Below are positions 46,966-57,701 of a stretch of DNA of 64,000 bases, piece by piece. The position numbers and the translations under genes are program-made. The notes below the pieces were generated by a model. It did not search any database and was not told the DNA's origin. It was given only the letters and a program-made list of their open reading frames with translations. Numbering within the stretch: the first letter of the stretch is position 1; every line of letters begins with the position of its first letter. The DNA comes from Chitinivibrionales bacterium (GTDB lineage: Bacteria > Fibrobacterota > Chitinivibrionia > Chitinivibrionales > WJKA01): contig WJLW01000083.1 of NCBI GenBank assembly GCA_014728295.1, positions 149,860 to 213,859 of the forward strand, in the 5' to 3' direction.

Positions 46966-48357
46966 TTAGTGCGCGCTCACCAGCACATCAAATGCGAGCG
47001 AGGTCGCTTTATTCAACAGAATTTTTGCGGCTTGCGGCCTGGATTGGCTGATCGCTTGTTCGACAAGCTCGCGGGCCTGCTTTATTTCTGCTTTTTTATC
47101 TGCGGTTAGGGCGACCGCATCTGCTTTATTGATTATCAACCTGGTTTTTTGTATATCGGCATAGTGAGGACTGCGGGCTGCAGTATCCGATCGCGCGATG
47201 TCAACGGCCCGGGCGGTCAGTTTTGTGGCGATGTGCAGCTCGGCTTTGAAAAGCCTGGTATTGTTTTTTACCGAGCGCGCCTTTTCAAAATGGGTGCGCG
47301 CCTTGTCGAAGACCGCTCGAGCCTTTTCATTCTGACTGTCTTCGATGAGCTCGCGGGCCTGCTGCATCTTTCGCTTGAGCTGAGTGATTTTATTCTCGCG
47401 CTGTCGGGTATTTTGAGCACGCAGAGAAATTTCGTCAATAATTGCTTCCGCTTTTTGAGCATGCCGCATCGCGATAACCATCTCGGCACGTTGAAGCGAA
47501 TTGGCGCCCTTATTGAGATGTTGCTTTGCTATCTCGACCAGACGTGCTACACGCGGCAGAGCTGCCGTGTTGAGGCGTGATTCAATTTGAACTATCATTT
47601 CTCCGGTTCTGCGCAAATGCGCTTCGATCTGATCATGAAGTGCGCGCTGCTCAACAGCGGCGGAGGCGATGTCGGTAATGAGCTCCCTCGCTCTGAGGGA
47701 AAGGGTCTTCGCCAGCAGGAGCCGGTCAGCGTTCATGGCTTTTTTCGCCCGCTCCTGAACATCAAATGCATGGCGCAATTGAGGCAGTGTGGCCGCCCGG
47801 CTTTGAACTCCCTTTGATTTACGAATTGCAGCTTTAAGCCTATCTTCTGTTTCGTTGAGAAATTGCCCGGTGCTTTGTTTGAAACGGTGGTACTCGGCAA
47901 TTTTGAACTTGACCGTTACCTCGAAAGATTGTATTGCTCTGAGCCGGGCGCGGGTCTCCTGACTGAGCGTCCTGACATAGGTGCAAAATTCGCCGGTTCC
48001 ACGGACCAGATTGCCAGTGAGCGAAGCAGCCCGGCGATCGGCATCACCGATACGCCGTTTCAATTCCGTTGCCCGCGATCGTTCGGGAGTGAGAAATGAT
48101 CGGATATGCGATTTGATCTCATTGGGAGATGAAGCAATTCTCGATTCAAGGCGATGCACAGTCTGAATGAACCGGTCGAACTGCACTCTGGTTTCATCAA
48201 GCACAATTTTGCATTGGTCAAGCGCTGGTGAGGCGCGGTTCTGATTGGTGCGTTGGGGATCCTGAACTATCTCCTGCCCGCTACGGGCGGCAAGGGAAGT
48301 TGTCAAAACCAAAAACACAGGCAGTAAAGCTGTAGCTGGTACATTGTGACGTTTCAT
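46966..48357 (-). CDS. Secreted, almost entirely alpha-helical/coiled-coil protein of unknown function
   Basis: An ATG at 48355-48357 starts the signal MKRHNVPATALLPVFLVLTTSLAARSG. The rest consists of long heptad-like A/R/E/K/Q-rich repeats. No catalytic motif is recognised. Confidence 0.45.
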   Translation of the reverse strand: MKRHNVPATALLPVFLVLTTSLAARSGQEIVQDPQRTNQNRASPALDQCKIVLDETRVQFDRFIQTVHRLESRIASSPNEIKSHIRSFLTPERSRATELKRRIGDADRRAASLTGNLVRGTGEFCTYVRTLSQETRARLRAIQSFEVTVKFKIAEYHRFKQSTGQFLNETEDRLKAAIRKSKGVQSRAATLPQLRHAFDVQERAKKAMNADRLLLAKTLSLRARELITDIASAAVEQRALHDQIEAHLRRTGEMIVQIESRLNTAALPRVARLVEIAKQHLNKGANSLQRAEMVIAMRHAQKAEAIIDEISLRAQNTRQRENKITQLKRKMQQARELIEDSQNEKARAVFDKARTHFEKARSVKNNTRLFKAELHIATKLTARAVDIARSDTAARSPHYADIQKTRLIINKADAVALTADKKAEIKQARELVEQAISQSRPQAAKILLNKATSLAFDVLVSAH

Positions 48358-48674
48358 GGTGCGATTCCTTAAATGAACAACGAAAGTAACCGTAGCCGAA
48401 AGGTCAGGATGCAAACGATATGCCACAGGCAATGCTAATTGCCCGCTTCTTTCCACTTTGGTCAACGGCCGCAATGATTTTGCGGGGAACATCACAGCAA
48501 CTCCCTCAAAATCAGTTGCTTATAAGCAAAGCTGCGGCGGGGCCCTCGAAATGAGCTGCGCCCAAAGAGCAGGCGGCACGAAATTCCGCCGATGAAGCTT
48601 CAGAACCTATGGCTATGGATGTACTATATCGTATGAACGGGTGTACGCTTTGGTACAGGGCGTGCAACGCACAA

Positions 48675-50129
48675 TCAATTTGCTCCCTTGCCGGTGAACA
48701 CCACCAGCACGGTTCTGAGCATGATTTTGAGGTCCAGTATCAGCGACATATTTTCAAAATAGTAGAGATCATACATCACCTTCTGCTTTACATCTTCAAT
48801 TGACTCATCGTATTTGTGCTTGACCTGGGCCCACCCCGTGATGCCGGGTTTCATTTTCAGCCGGCGGACATACCAGGGAATCTCCTTTTTAAGCTGCTCG
48901 ATGAAAAAGGGTCGCTCGGGACGGGGCCCCACCAGGCTCATTTCACCGCGCACAACGTTGATAAATTGCGGAAACTCATCCAGCCTGGTCTTGCGCAGGA
49001 AACGACCGACCGGCGTAATGCGCGGATCGTGCCTGGTTGCCCACTGCGGTCCACTGCGCTTTTCGGCATCCACATACATCGAGCGATATTTATACAGCAT
49101 AAACGGTCTGCCGAATTTGCCGGCACGTTCCTGTTTGTAAAAGGCCGGCCCGGGAGAGGTTTTGCGCACCAGCCACGCCAGAAAAAGCCACAGCGGGGCG
49201 CCCAGCGACAATACTAAAAGCGCGGCAACAATATCAATGCTGCGCTTAATCTGGGCCTTCCACGGCGACATGTGATCCTGCAACAGGATCATAAGCGGGA
49301 CACCATATATTTGATGCGTTTTAAAATGGCCCGATATCACGTCGAGCAGTCCAGGTAGCATGTATATGGTAATACTCAGATCGCCCGTGTATTCAATGAC
49401 GCGCATGATTTCGTTGGCGGAAGTAGACACATGCGAAATGATAATGCCGGCAACATGCTCTTTTTTGGCGATTGCAGGCAAATCCGAATAGGTGCCGAAT
49501 ACCGGCAGGTCGGCGCAGGTCGTTGCTTTTTTGCGCCCGTCATCGTCGATGAAGCCGATTACCCGGTTGCCCATTTCGGGATAGTGGCTCATCTCTCTGA
49601 CCAGCTTTTCGGCCGACTCGTTGGCGCCGATGATCAACAGCCGGTTTACTCCGAGTCCGCGTTTGAACAGTGAGGCCATGGTTGTGTGCATGGCGAAGCG
49701 GTTTGTCGTTGCAAAAAAGAGCATACATAAACCATACGTAGCCAGTACGCCGAACTTCGTGCGCGTAAAGAGCGGGCCGGGGTCACCTGATTTGAAAAAC
49801 GCAACAATCTGATCGGCACTGGTGATCAGAAATACCAGGGCAATGCCAATAAGTACCGTGCGGGTCACCACAAAAAATTCATCAAGGCGCGACTCCTTAT
49901 ACCATTCACGATACAAGCCGCTGAGAAAAAAGAGCAGAAACCAACCGCCGGATATCAGCAGCATGGGGGCTATCGGAAACAGCAGGCTGAGAAAGCTGAT
50001 TGACGGATCGTATGTTTCGGGAAAGAGACCGCTTTTATAGCGAAACCAGAACGAGGCGGCCAATGCAAGATTAAATGCAACGATATCAAAGGTGAAGGTT
50101 AGGAGCTTTTCAAGAAAGCGCATTGACAT
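48675..50129 (-). CDS. Polyprenyl-phosphate hexose-1-phosphate transferase (WbaP/WcaJ-like bacterial sugar transferase)
   Basis: A multi-TM N-terminus is present. The C-terminal Bac_transf domain shows [11 protein letters not shown]...[10 protein letters not shown] and [16 protein letters not shown]. Confidence 0.85.
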   Translation of the reverse strand: MSMRFLEKLLTFTFDIVAFNLALAASFWFRYKSGLFPETYDPSISFLSLLFPIAPMLLISGGWFLLFFLSGLYREWYKESRLDEFFVVTRTVLIGIALVFLITSADQIVAFFKSGDPGPLFTRTKFGVLATYGLCMLFFATTNRFAMHTTMASLFKRGLGVNRLLIIGANESAEKLVREMSHYPEMGNRVIGFIDDDGRKKATTCADLPVFGTYSDLPAIAKKEHVAGIIISHVSTSANEIMRVIEYTGDLSITIYMLPGLLDVISGHFKTHQIYGVPLMILLQDHMSPWKAQIKRSIDIVAALLVLSLGAPLWLFLAWLVRKTSPGPAFYKQERAGKFGRPFMLYKYRSMYVDAEKRSGPQWATRHDPRITPVGRFLRKTRLDEFPQFINVVRGEMSLVGPRPERPFFIEQLKKEIPWYVRRLKMKPGITGWAQVKHKYDESIEDVKQKVMYDLYYFENMSLILDLKIMLRTVLVVFTGKGAN

Positions 50130-50168
50130 AGCAGCCTGAAACTGAATACGGTATAATACGGCGAAGGG

Positions 50169-51383
50169 CTACCCGAACGTACCGGTAATCAATTGCTCAC
50201 AGACATCAACACCGCCGAATACCGGTGCATGCGCGGCGGCCTGTTCGTTGTAGACACGGACGGTATCCTTGCATATACCGGGGCCACATACTGCAAAGGG
50301 TACCGGGGTTGCGTCATGCGTGCGCGTGGAGAGCAGCGTTGCATGATCGGGCATGACGATCAGCCGCAGGTCGGGCATCTGCTTTTGAAGCTGCACCATC
50401 TCAGCAACGACTTTCGAGTCGAAATCTTCGATCGACTGTATCTTTTTTTCCAGTGATCCTTCATGCGAAGTTTCATCGGGCGCTTCGATGTGCAGGTAGA
50501 CAAAATCACCATACCGATATGCGTCAACGGCGGCGGCGACTTTGCCGGCATAGTTCGTATCGAGATAGCCTGTAGCACCGGGAACATTGCAGACCGCCAG
50601 GCCGGCAAGCATACCGATGCCCTTGACAAGATCAACAGCGGAGATAACCGCCCCGTCGATGCCGAATCGTTGCCGAAATGAGGGATAGGCAACGGATTTT
50701 CCCTGCCCCCACAACCAGATCGCATTGGCCGGGACTTTTCCCTGAGCCGTTCGTTGGGCGTTGCGCGCACTGCGGTTCAGAACACTCTGTGCCTTATCGA
50801 ATATTTCCCGCAACAGATGATCGCCGGCTCCCTGGGGCAGGTAATCTGAATACGCTTTTCCTGAAATGTCATGCGGCGGCGTGCAGGTCAACTCGCCATC
50901 GGGATAATCGTTTATGATCAACAGGTGCCGATAGCTTACGCCGGGAACCAGGCGCACCGATTTCGCATTCAGCTCCTTTTGCACATCCTCGATCAGGGCA
51001 TGCGCATCGTCGGATTCGATATGACCACTAGCGTAATCGGCCATGACGCCCTTGTCAAGGTAAACGAGATTGCACCGGAATGCGACATCGCGGGGGCCGA
51101 GGTCAACCCCCATGCTGGCGGCTTCGATTGGCGCCCGCCCACTGTAGTAGGTTCGCGGATCATAGCCCATAAGCGACATATTGGCAACATCACTGCCCGG
51201 CTTCATACCGTTGGGAACCGTTTTGGCACGACCAACCAGACCCGCCTGCGCAATCGCATCCATTGCCGGAGTTTGGGCGTATTCCAGCGGCGTTTTATTG
51301 CCAAGCTCCGGGATGGTAATGTCGCTCATCCCGTCACCAAGCAATATGGCAAATTTATGTGGGGTATCAGTCATTGCAATCAA
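50169..51383 (-). CDS. apgM: Cofactor-independent phosphoglycerate mutase, archaeal-type
   Basis: FAILLGDGMSD, TPLEYAQTPAMDAIA and YLHIEAPDETSHEG are metalloenzyme/alkaline-phosphatase-superfamily signatures of the ApgM type. Confidence 0.8.
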   Translation of the reverse strand: MIAMTDTPHKFAILLGDGMSDITIPELGNKTPLEYAQTPAMDAIAQAGLVGRAKTVPNGMKPGSDVANMSLMGYDPRTYYSGRAPIEAASMGVDLGPRDVAFRCNLVYLDKGVMADYASGHIESDDAHALIEDVQKELNAKSVRLVPGVSYRHLLIINDYPDGELTCTPPHDISGKAYSDYLPQGAGDHLLREIFDKAQSVLNRSARNAQRTAQGKVPANAIWLWGQGKSVAYPSFRQRFGIDGAVISAVDLVKGIGMLAGLAVCNVPGATGYLDTNYAGKVAAAVDAYRYGDFVYLHIEAPDETSHEGSLEKKIQSIEDFDSKVVAEMVQLQKQMPDLRLIVMPDHATLLSTRTHDATPVPFAVCGPGICKDTVRVYNEQAAAHAPVFGGVDVCEQLITGTFG

Positions 51384-52744
51384 ATACTCGAATGTGCATG
51401 TTCATCAATGTAGTCAAGCAGCTTGTCGACATCGGCCGGGAGTTGTACCGGCTTGTTGCTGTAATCGCCGGTGTCGATTTTGCTGCCTCCCGAAACACTC
51501 GAAGTTCGTTTTGCATCCGCATACAGCTCGTCCTTGTGAAAATCGACGGTATAATCAGGGTCCTTAAGCAAATGACCGGTCAATATGCAGATAATTTTTT
51601 CCCGCGAATGCATGAATCCTTTTTCTACCAGTTTCTTGACTCCGGCAACGGTCGTAGCAGAGGCGGGTTCTGAGCCAATGCCATCCGCGCCGATACGACT
51701 CTTGGCGATGGCAATTTCGGTTTCACTCACCTGCTCGACGAGTCCTTCGGTCGAATCAACTGCGTACAATGCCTTGTCAAAGCTCACCGGATTACCGATC
51801 TTTATGGCGGTTGCCCGGGTCTGCGCGCTCACCGGCTTGAGTACGCGCTCTTTCGAGGCGAACCCGCTATAGAGCGGGTTCGCACCTTCGGCCTGAATAA
51901 TGGCAATCCGGGGCACTTTAGTAATAAATCCGCATGCTTTCAGCTCGGCAAATGCTTTGCCGAATGAACTGGAGTTGCCGAGGTTGCCGCCCGGAACCAC
52001 CACCCAGTCGGGCACTTTCCAGTCAAGCTGATGCAGCATTTCGATCATGATTGTTTTCTGACCTTCGATGCGAAACGGATTGATTGAGTTGAGCAAGTAA
52101 ATTCTGCCGCGTTTGCATACATCCTGCACGACTTGCATGGCTTTGTCGAAATCGCCGGAAATCTGAATGGTCAAGCTGCCGTAATCGAGGGCTTGCGAAA
52201 GCTTGCCGTAGGCGATTTGTCCTTCGGGAATGAACACAATGCTTTTCATGCGGCTGCGGGCGGCATAGGCGGCCATCGATGCAGAGGTGTTGCCGGTTGA
52301 TGCGCAGGCAACCATGCGTGCGCCGAGTTTCTTGGCCATGGTTACTGCGGTGGTCATCCCGTTATCTTTAAAAGAGCCCGTCGGATTGAAACCTTGATGC
52401 TTGACAAATAATTCCTTCATGCCGGAATAGGCTGCGCAGACGGGCATGGTATAAATCGGCGTGTTGCCTTCGCGCATGGTAATAATGTTATCGTACGGAG
52501 CGAATGCCGATAAAAATTCGCGAAAGCGCCAGACGCCGCTTCTGTCAACCGGATTACGCGAAAACTGACGCATGTCGAAGAGCTGTTTGAGATCGGCAAC
52601 GTTATCTTCGGACAGCTTGCGCATCGGATTGACGACTTCAAGCAGCCGGCCGTCATCGCTGCGATAGCGTATCTGGTCGAGTGGGTATTTTACCACCTGC
52701 TCGGTACCGAACGATTTGAGATAGGCTTTTTCGGGTTTATCCAT
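51380..52744 (-). CDS. thrC: Threonine synthase
   Basis: The PLP-lysine motif appears as FNPTGSFKDNGMT. The protein is 454 aa. It is adjacent to homoserine dehydrogenase. Its start overlaps the apgM stop by 4 nt. Confidence 0.9.
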   Translation of the reverse strand: MDKPEKAYLKSFGTEQVVKYPLDQIRYRSDDGRLLEVVNPMRKLSEDNVADLKQLFDMRQFSRNPVDRSGVWRFREFLSAFAPYDNIITMREGNTPIYTMPVCAAYSGMKELFVKHQGFNPTGSFKDNGMTTAVTMAKKLGARMVACASTGNTSASMAAYAARSRMKSIVFIPEGQIAYGKLSQALDYGSLTIQISGDFDKAMQVVQDVCKRGRIYLLNSINPFRIEGQKTIMIEMLHQLDWKVPDWVVVPGGNLGNSSSFGKAFAELKACGFITKVPRIAIIQAEGANPLYSGFASKERVLKPVSAQTRATAIKIGNPVSFDKALYAVDSTEGLVEQVSETEIAIAKSRIGADGIGSEPASATTVAGVKKLVEKGFMHSREKIICILTGHLLKDPDYTVDFHKDELYADAKRTSSVSGGSKIDTGDYSNKPVQLPADVDKLLDYIDEHAHSSI

Positions 52745-52754
52745 GATAAAGATG

Positions 52755-54056
52755 CTAATCCTCTATGCGAATGACCTGAGTTGTGTGTTTGATAAAGCTT
52801 TTGTGCTCAATTTCCTGCAGCGCTGTGCGAAAATGTTCTTCCCGGGCCATATGCGTCAGAAAAATTACCGGCACAGCATCTTTAGCAAAACCCTCTTTTT
52901 GCATGACCGAGGCAATTGAAATACCGTGTTCGCCAAACATCGCCGCAATTGTAGCAAGAACGCCGGGCTCATCCTTGACGGTAAATCGCAGGTAAAAACG
53001 TGAAATAACTTCGCCGTGAGGTTTCAAAGAAAGCTCTTTTTCCTGCGCATAATAGTCCATGTTAATTCGCCGCACAGGACCGGATACAAGATCGCGGGCC
53101 GCATCGATTATATCGCCGACCACCGCCGAGGCCGTCGGCATTTCCCCGGCTCCTTTGCCATAGAGCAGGATGTCACCAACGGCGTCACCTTCCAGCAAAA
53201 CGGCATTAAACACATCGTTTACGCTTGCAAGAATATGTTCTTTATGCAGCATAGCGGGGTGCACCCGGACATCAACGACATTTGCTTCGGCATCGTGTTT
53301 GATAATGCCGAGCAATTTGATACAGTAGCCCAGCTCAGCAGCAAAAGCAATGTCCTCCGGTGTTATGGAAGTAATACCTTCGATAGCAATGCTATCGTAG
53401 GGGACATAGCCGCCGTAGAGCAGGGACGCCATGATGGCAACTTTATGCCCCGTGTCGCCCCCGCCGATATCCAGCGTGGGGTCCGCTTCTGCATAGCCGT
53501 TTGCCTGAGCTTCGGCCAGTACCGTTTCAAAGGCCGTGCCCGCGCCGGACATCTGAGACAGGATATAGTTGCAGGTTCCATTGATGATCGTTTTTATTGC
53601 ATGAATATCATTGCCGATCATCGCCTCGCGAATGGTTTTTATCGTGGGCATGCCGCCACCGACCGCGGCTTCGAACAGCACCGAGACATTGTTTTTCTCT
53701 GCAGCGCTGAAAATCTCCGGGCCGTATTCAGCAAGCAGGGCTTTATTTGCGGTAACAACGTGCTTTTTACGGTTCAGGGCATCCAGCACCAGTTTGCGAG
53801 CGAAAGCGGTGCCGCCGACCAGCTCGACAACAATGCTAATCTCATCGTCGCTGAGAACATCATCGGCATTGGCACTGCAAGCGGCATCGCCAACCGGCAA
53901 ATTTGCAAACCGTTGTGTGGCCACATCGGCTACACGCTTGAGATATATTGGCAATCCAAGTTTGTTGCGAAAAAACTCCCCCTGTTTTGCAAGAATCTTG
54001 ACGACACCGCCACCAATCGTTCCCGCTCCAACTAAACCGACATTTATGGGATTCAT
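52755..54056 (-). CDS. hom: Homoserine dehydrogenase with a C-terminal ACT domain
   Basis: An ATG at 54054-54056 starts MNPINVGLVGAGTIGGGV, the NAD-binding GxGxxG motif. Later motifs are ...EAAVGGGMPTI and an ACT domain (RFYLRFTVKDEPGVLATIAAMF). Confidence 0.9.
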   Translation of the reverse strand: MNPINVGLVGAGTIGGGVVKILAKQGEFFRNKLGLPIYLKRVADVATQRFANLPVGDAACSANADDVLSDDEISIVVELVGGTAFARKLVLDALNRKKHVVTANKALLAEYGPEIFSAAEKNNVSVLFEAAVGGGMPTIKTIREAMIGNDIHAIKTIINGTCNYILSQMSGAGTAFETVLAEAQANGYAEADPTLDIGGGDTGHKVAIMASLLYGGYVPYDSIAIEGITSITPEDIAFAAELGYCIKLLGIIKHDAEANVVDVRVHPAMLHKEHILASVNDVFNAVLLEGDAVGDILLYGKGAGEMPTASAVVGDIIDAARDLVSGPVRRINMDYYAQEKELSLKPHGEVISRFYLRFTVKDEPGVLATIAAMFGEHGISIASVMQKEGFAKDAVPVIFLTHMAREEHFRTALQEIEHKSFIKHTTQVIRIED

Positions 54057-54163
54057 AACCTGACCTTTAAACAATTCAAGCGGGCAACCGATAATCAAGG
54101 GCACCACCAGCGGGCCCTACCCGCATAGCAAACGTGTAAATAAATTAGAACGTATGTAAAATA

Positions 54164-54430
54164 CTAATTCTCATTGAATTTATCTTCAAAAAGCTGAGCC
54201 AGAGCCGTAGCAGCTTCTGCTTCATCACTTCCCTCTGCCTGAATTTTGATTACCGCTCCTTTTCCGGCAGCCATAATCATTATACTCATGATACTTTTCG
54301 CATCTGCCTGCATATCATCTTTGACAAGCTTAATAGACGAGTCGAAGGTTTTGGCACGCTGCACGATCATCCCCGCCGGCCGGGCATGCAAACCGAGCTC
54401 GTTGAGTATGGTAACGTCCTTTTCAACCAT
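54164..54430 (-). CDS. ptsH: HPr-family phosphocarrier protein (HPr/NPr)
   Basis: An ATG at 54428-54430 starts MVEKDVTILNELGLHARPAG, carrying the His15 phosphorylation motif. The region-2 serine lies in KSIMSIM. The protein is 88 aa. Confidence 0.85.
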   Translation of the reverse strand: MVEKDVTILNELGLHARPAGMIVQRAKTFDSSIKLVKDDMQADAKSIMSIMIMAAGKGAVIKIQAEGSDEAEAATALAQLFEDKFNEN

Positions 54431-54459
54431 GCCGTATGCACATCCTGCTCGAAAACAAC

Positions 54460-55410
54460 TCAATCACCCCAGTCTTTGTTCTTGCGAAACGTAACGCGCA
54501 ATTTCAGGCCCTCTCCCTTGATATCATTCACCAGCGTGTCCAGCGAACTGAGAGATTTTTTAATATCCTGATACATCTCATCATCATTGATCATCAGCGA
54601 TATTGTGCCGTCGCCGTGTTCGATAGCATGCACGATTTCACCAACCGCAGTGCCGATCGAATCTATCTCATCAACAAGTACCAGGCCGCGATCGGTCAAG
54701 GCCACGGCATTATTGGCCAGCTTGTCGATGTTGTGGCGGTTGTCATTGACAATAACATTGAGCTCATTTGACAGAAGCTTGAGATTATTCACAGCCAAGG
54801 CGATGTCGGATTTGTTTTCGGTAATCATCTCCGAAGCCAGCAGACTGAGCGTGTCGACACGCTTAACGAGACGGTCGAACACAACATAGAATGATGAATC
54901 ACCGACGGTCTTGTCGACAATAACGCCAACATTATCAACCAACACCTCAACCTGGCCCAGAACCGTCCCGATCATGCCCATTGCCTCGGCAAGTCCGCTG
55001 TCAAAATAGCCCTGGATATAGACCGGTTCCGTACCGGTTTTATTGGTCGGAATGGGTTTGCCTTCCTCAGACAATTCAATTCCGACAGCCCGCTCGCCCA
55101 TTAAACCGACATTTTTTACCGTAACCAGCGCGGCATTGGTAATTGTTACGGATTTGTCGATGCGCATGACAACCTTTACTTTTGTTTTGAAAAGGGCAAT
55201 GCTTTTCACCGTACCCATTTTTAAACCATTCACCGAGACGGGATCGCCGACCTGCAAAAAACCGACTTTGGGAAAAAGCGCAGTATATTCAACCTGCCTG
55301 CTGGTAATCCGATAGCCTTTCAGCCAGATCACGCTGGCAAGCAAAATAAAAATAGACAGCAAAATGGATCCGCCGACAATTAAATCCATCTTGGTCTTTC
55401 TCACGCTCAA
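54460..55410 (-). CDS. mlaD: MlaD/MCE-domain protein (N-terminal TM anchor plus MCE domain)
   Basis: The TM anchor is MDLIVGGSILLSIFILLASVIWL. The MCE domain follows (YTALFPKVGFLQVGDPVSVNGLKMGTVKSI). A helical C-terminal extension completes the protein. Confidence 0.75.
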   Translation of the reverse strand: MSVRKTKMDLIVGGSILLSIFILLASVIWLKGYRITSRQVEYTALFPKVGFLQVGDPVSVNGLKMGTVKSIALFKTKVKVVMRIDKSVTITNAALVTVKNVGLMGERAVGIELSEEGKPIPTNKTGTEPVYIQGYFDSGLAEAMGMIGTVLGQVEVLVDNVGVIVDKTVGDSSFYVVFDRLVKRVDTLSLLASEMITENKSDIALAVNNLKLLSNELNVIVNDNRHNIDKLANNAVALTDRGLVLVDEIDSIGTAVGEIVHAIEHGDGTISLMINDDEMYQDIKKSLSSLDTLVNDIKGEGLKLRVTFRKNKDWGD

Positions 55411-55513
55411 TTTCCTTTCGATACTACGTTAAAAAACAGTGACTTAAGCGCATTAATCGTTCACCCGCGTCGTGCCGGCAGACAGCAAGCTTGCTTATCA
55501 AAATCGTCGTGCT

Positions 55514-55870
55514 TCAATACTCGGTAAATTCGTCCTCATCATCGGCCTCGGCCTGCAGTGGGGTAACGACGAGTTTTTCCGCTTTATGATTCTTAAGTTT
55601 CTGGTTGATTTTTTTAAGCTGGCGCTCGGCTTTGGAGATCGCGCCGTCCAGTGCTTTGGCCAGTTTATCGGCCTTTGCCTCTGCCTTGACCGTATGGTTT
55701 TGCATATTAACGATCAGTTCGACCTTTTGATCGATGTGCTCATTATCGGTGATAACATGGCACGAAGTGATTTTGTCATGATACTTTTCCAGTTTGGTCA
55801 ACTCTTCTTCCACCATTTTCTTGAAGCTCTTCGATGCGGTGTCGTGGCGCGAAGTGAATTTAATTTCCAT
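55514..55870 (-). CDS. hpf: Ribosome hibernation-promoting factor (HPF/RaiA, sigma-54 modulation protein family)
   Basis: MEIKFTSRHDTASKSFKKMVEEELTKLEKYHDKITSCHVIT is the classic HPF N-terminus. It lies immediately downstream of rpoN. Confidence 0.85.
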   Translation of the reverse strand: MEIKFTSRHDTASKSFKKMVEEELTKLEKYHDKITSCHVITDNEHIDQKVELIVNMQNHTVKAEAKADKLAKALDGAISKAERQLKKINQKLKNHKAEKLVVTPLQAEADDEDEFTEY

Positions 55871-56067
55871 CTTCAGCTCCTTTCCAGGTAGAGATCGTCA
55901 AGGTGCAAAAAGCTTTCCCGCTTATATAGATTCGTGGAAAATACTTTTTTATTGTATGATGATGTAGCTTGTCCTTCAATTGACCAGGTCGAATGGTTCG
56001 TTGTTGTCGCGGCCATTTTGTATCCCCGTCACCCGGGCATGAAACACAGGAGAGCGCGGCCGGCTTG

Positions 56068-57495
56068 CTAATCATATTTTTGTCTGAGGCGAGCCGGGAG
56101 GATTCTCATCTGTTCGCGATATTTTGCTACGGTACGCCGCGCGACTTTCAGATCTTCCCGCTTGAGCATATCCGAGATTTTCTGGTCCGACAGCGGCTTT
56201 TTCGGGTTTTCTTTTTCAACCAGCTCTTTGATGCGATTTTTTATGCGCTCGGCTGAAACGTCAACGCCCTGGGCATCCGTCCCCATTGCTTCGGTAAAGA
56301 AATGCTTGAGTTCGAAAATGCCGTGCATGGTCTGCACGTATTTGCCGTTGGTGACCCTGCTTACGGTAGAGATGTGCATTTCGATGTCGTCGGCAATATC
56401 CTGTAGCTTAAGCGGGTTGAGATTGGGCGGCCCGTTTTCGAAAAATTGCTTCTGATGCTTGATGATTGAATACATCACCTTCAGCATCGTGCTTTTGCGC
56501 TGTTCGATTGAACGGATCAGCCAGGTTGCGTTATTGAGTTTTTCACGGACATATTTTTTTATCTCTGCATTAACTTTGCTGCCCCGCCGGATCATATCGG
56601 CATAGGCCTTGTTAATGTGCAGCATCGGAACCGAGCGGTCGTTAAGAATAGCAATAAACTCACCGTCGACTTTCTCGACAATTAAATCGGGAATGATCGC
56701 CGCAGCATTATTCGAATTGAGCAAATAACCGGGCTTGGGGTTGAGTGTCTTTACTACGTTGAGGGCGGCCTGTACTTCGCTGGTATCAACATTGAGCTGT
56801 CGGGCGATTTCCGGAATTTTCATGCGTTCGAAGAGATCCCACATCTCGCTGAGAATACGCATGGCAAGTGAGTCGGTCATGCCTCTCTTGCGCAATTGCA
56901 GAATCAGACATTCCTGCAGGGTGCGCGCCCCAACTCCGGCAGGCTCCATATTCCATACAACATTCAATGCCTCTTCAACGTCATAAATGCTTTCCTTGGT
57001 GAATTCGGCAATGTCGTTTATGTCAATTCTTAAAAAACCGTCTCCGCTCAATGAACCAATGATAAAGCGGGCAAGTAGCTCAACTTTTTCGGGGACCTTC
57101 CTTTCGGCCAACTGATTTTCCAGGTGCTCCTGGAGATTGGCTTCGTAGACAGGGGTGGGCTCGTAGGTTTCCTCTTTGCCGGTAGTTTCTTCACTCATGC
57201 GACTTCCGATATCGAAGCCGTCTTCGAGATACTCCTCCCAGTCAATCTCATCTTCCTCGACCTCAAGCTCTTCTTCTTCTGCCGGAGTCTCCTCCTCCTC
57301 TTCCTGTTTTTCTTCCGGTTCCTCCTGCTCCAGTTCCATGTCTTCCTGCATTTCGAGGACCGGATTCATTTCGAGTTCGGTCTTGAGCATTTGCTCCAGT
57401 TGTAATGTGTTTACCTGCAAAAGCTTCAGCGACTGAATCATCTGAAACGACAGATTCTGCTTTAGCTTCAGGGACATGTCAAGACCGAGATTCAA
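56068..57495 (-). CDS. rpoN: RNA polymerase sigma-54 factor
   Basis: Region I is LKLKQNLSFQMIQSLKLLQVNTLQL. Region II is long and acidic. The RpoN box ARRTVAKYRE lies near the C-terminus. The HTH is GPPNLNPLKLQDIADDIEMHISTVSR. Confidence 0.95.
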   Translation of the reverse strand: MNLGLDMSLKLKQNLSFQMIQSLKLLQVNTLQLEQMLKTELEMNPVLEMQEDMELEQEEPEEKQEEEEETPAEEEELEVEEDEIDWEEYLEDGFDIGSRMSEETTGKEETYEPTPVYEANLQEHLENQLAERKVPEKVELLARFIIGSLSGDGFLRIDINDIAEFTKESIYDVEEALNVVWNMEPAGVGARTLQECLILQLRKRGMTDSLAMRILSEMWDLFERMKIPEIARQLNVDTSEVQAALNVVKTLNPKPGYLLNSNNAAAIIPDLIVEKVDGEFIAILNDRSVPMLHINKAYADMIRRGSKVNAEIKKYVREKLNNATWLIRSIEQRKSTMLKVMYSIIKHQKQFFENGPPNLNPLKLQDIADDIEMHISTVSRVTNGKYVQTMHGIFELKHFFTEAMGTDAQGVDVSAERIKNRIKELVEKENPKKPLSDQKISDMLKREDLKVARRTVAKYREQMRILPARLRQKYD

Positions 57496-57701
57496 CGAAC
57501 ATCCTCCTCAATGATTAACAAGCTGGTATAGTTGTTTCGGATTAAGAAAATAAAACATGCAAAAAGCTGCAAAGCAGATGCCAAGAGTGGCACCCGAATT
57601 TTGTCACGCATATATACTACTATGCCGTATTTCGAATGCGAAGCAAAATGTCTGCGCGAATTGCGCACACGACGATTTTCGCTTGACACAAATAATGCAG
57701 A

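Noticed and set aside
53016-54035. 339-aa plus-strand ORF opposite homoserine dehydrogenase
   Set aside because: It is antisense to hom, which has the GxGxxG and ACT domain. No motifs are recognisable.
55411-55513. 12-nt perfect palindrome agcaagcttgct downstream of hpf
   Set aside because: It has no flanking U-tract. It is likely coincidental, since it contains a HindIII-site palindrome, rather than an intrinsic terminator.
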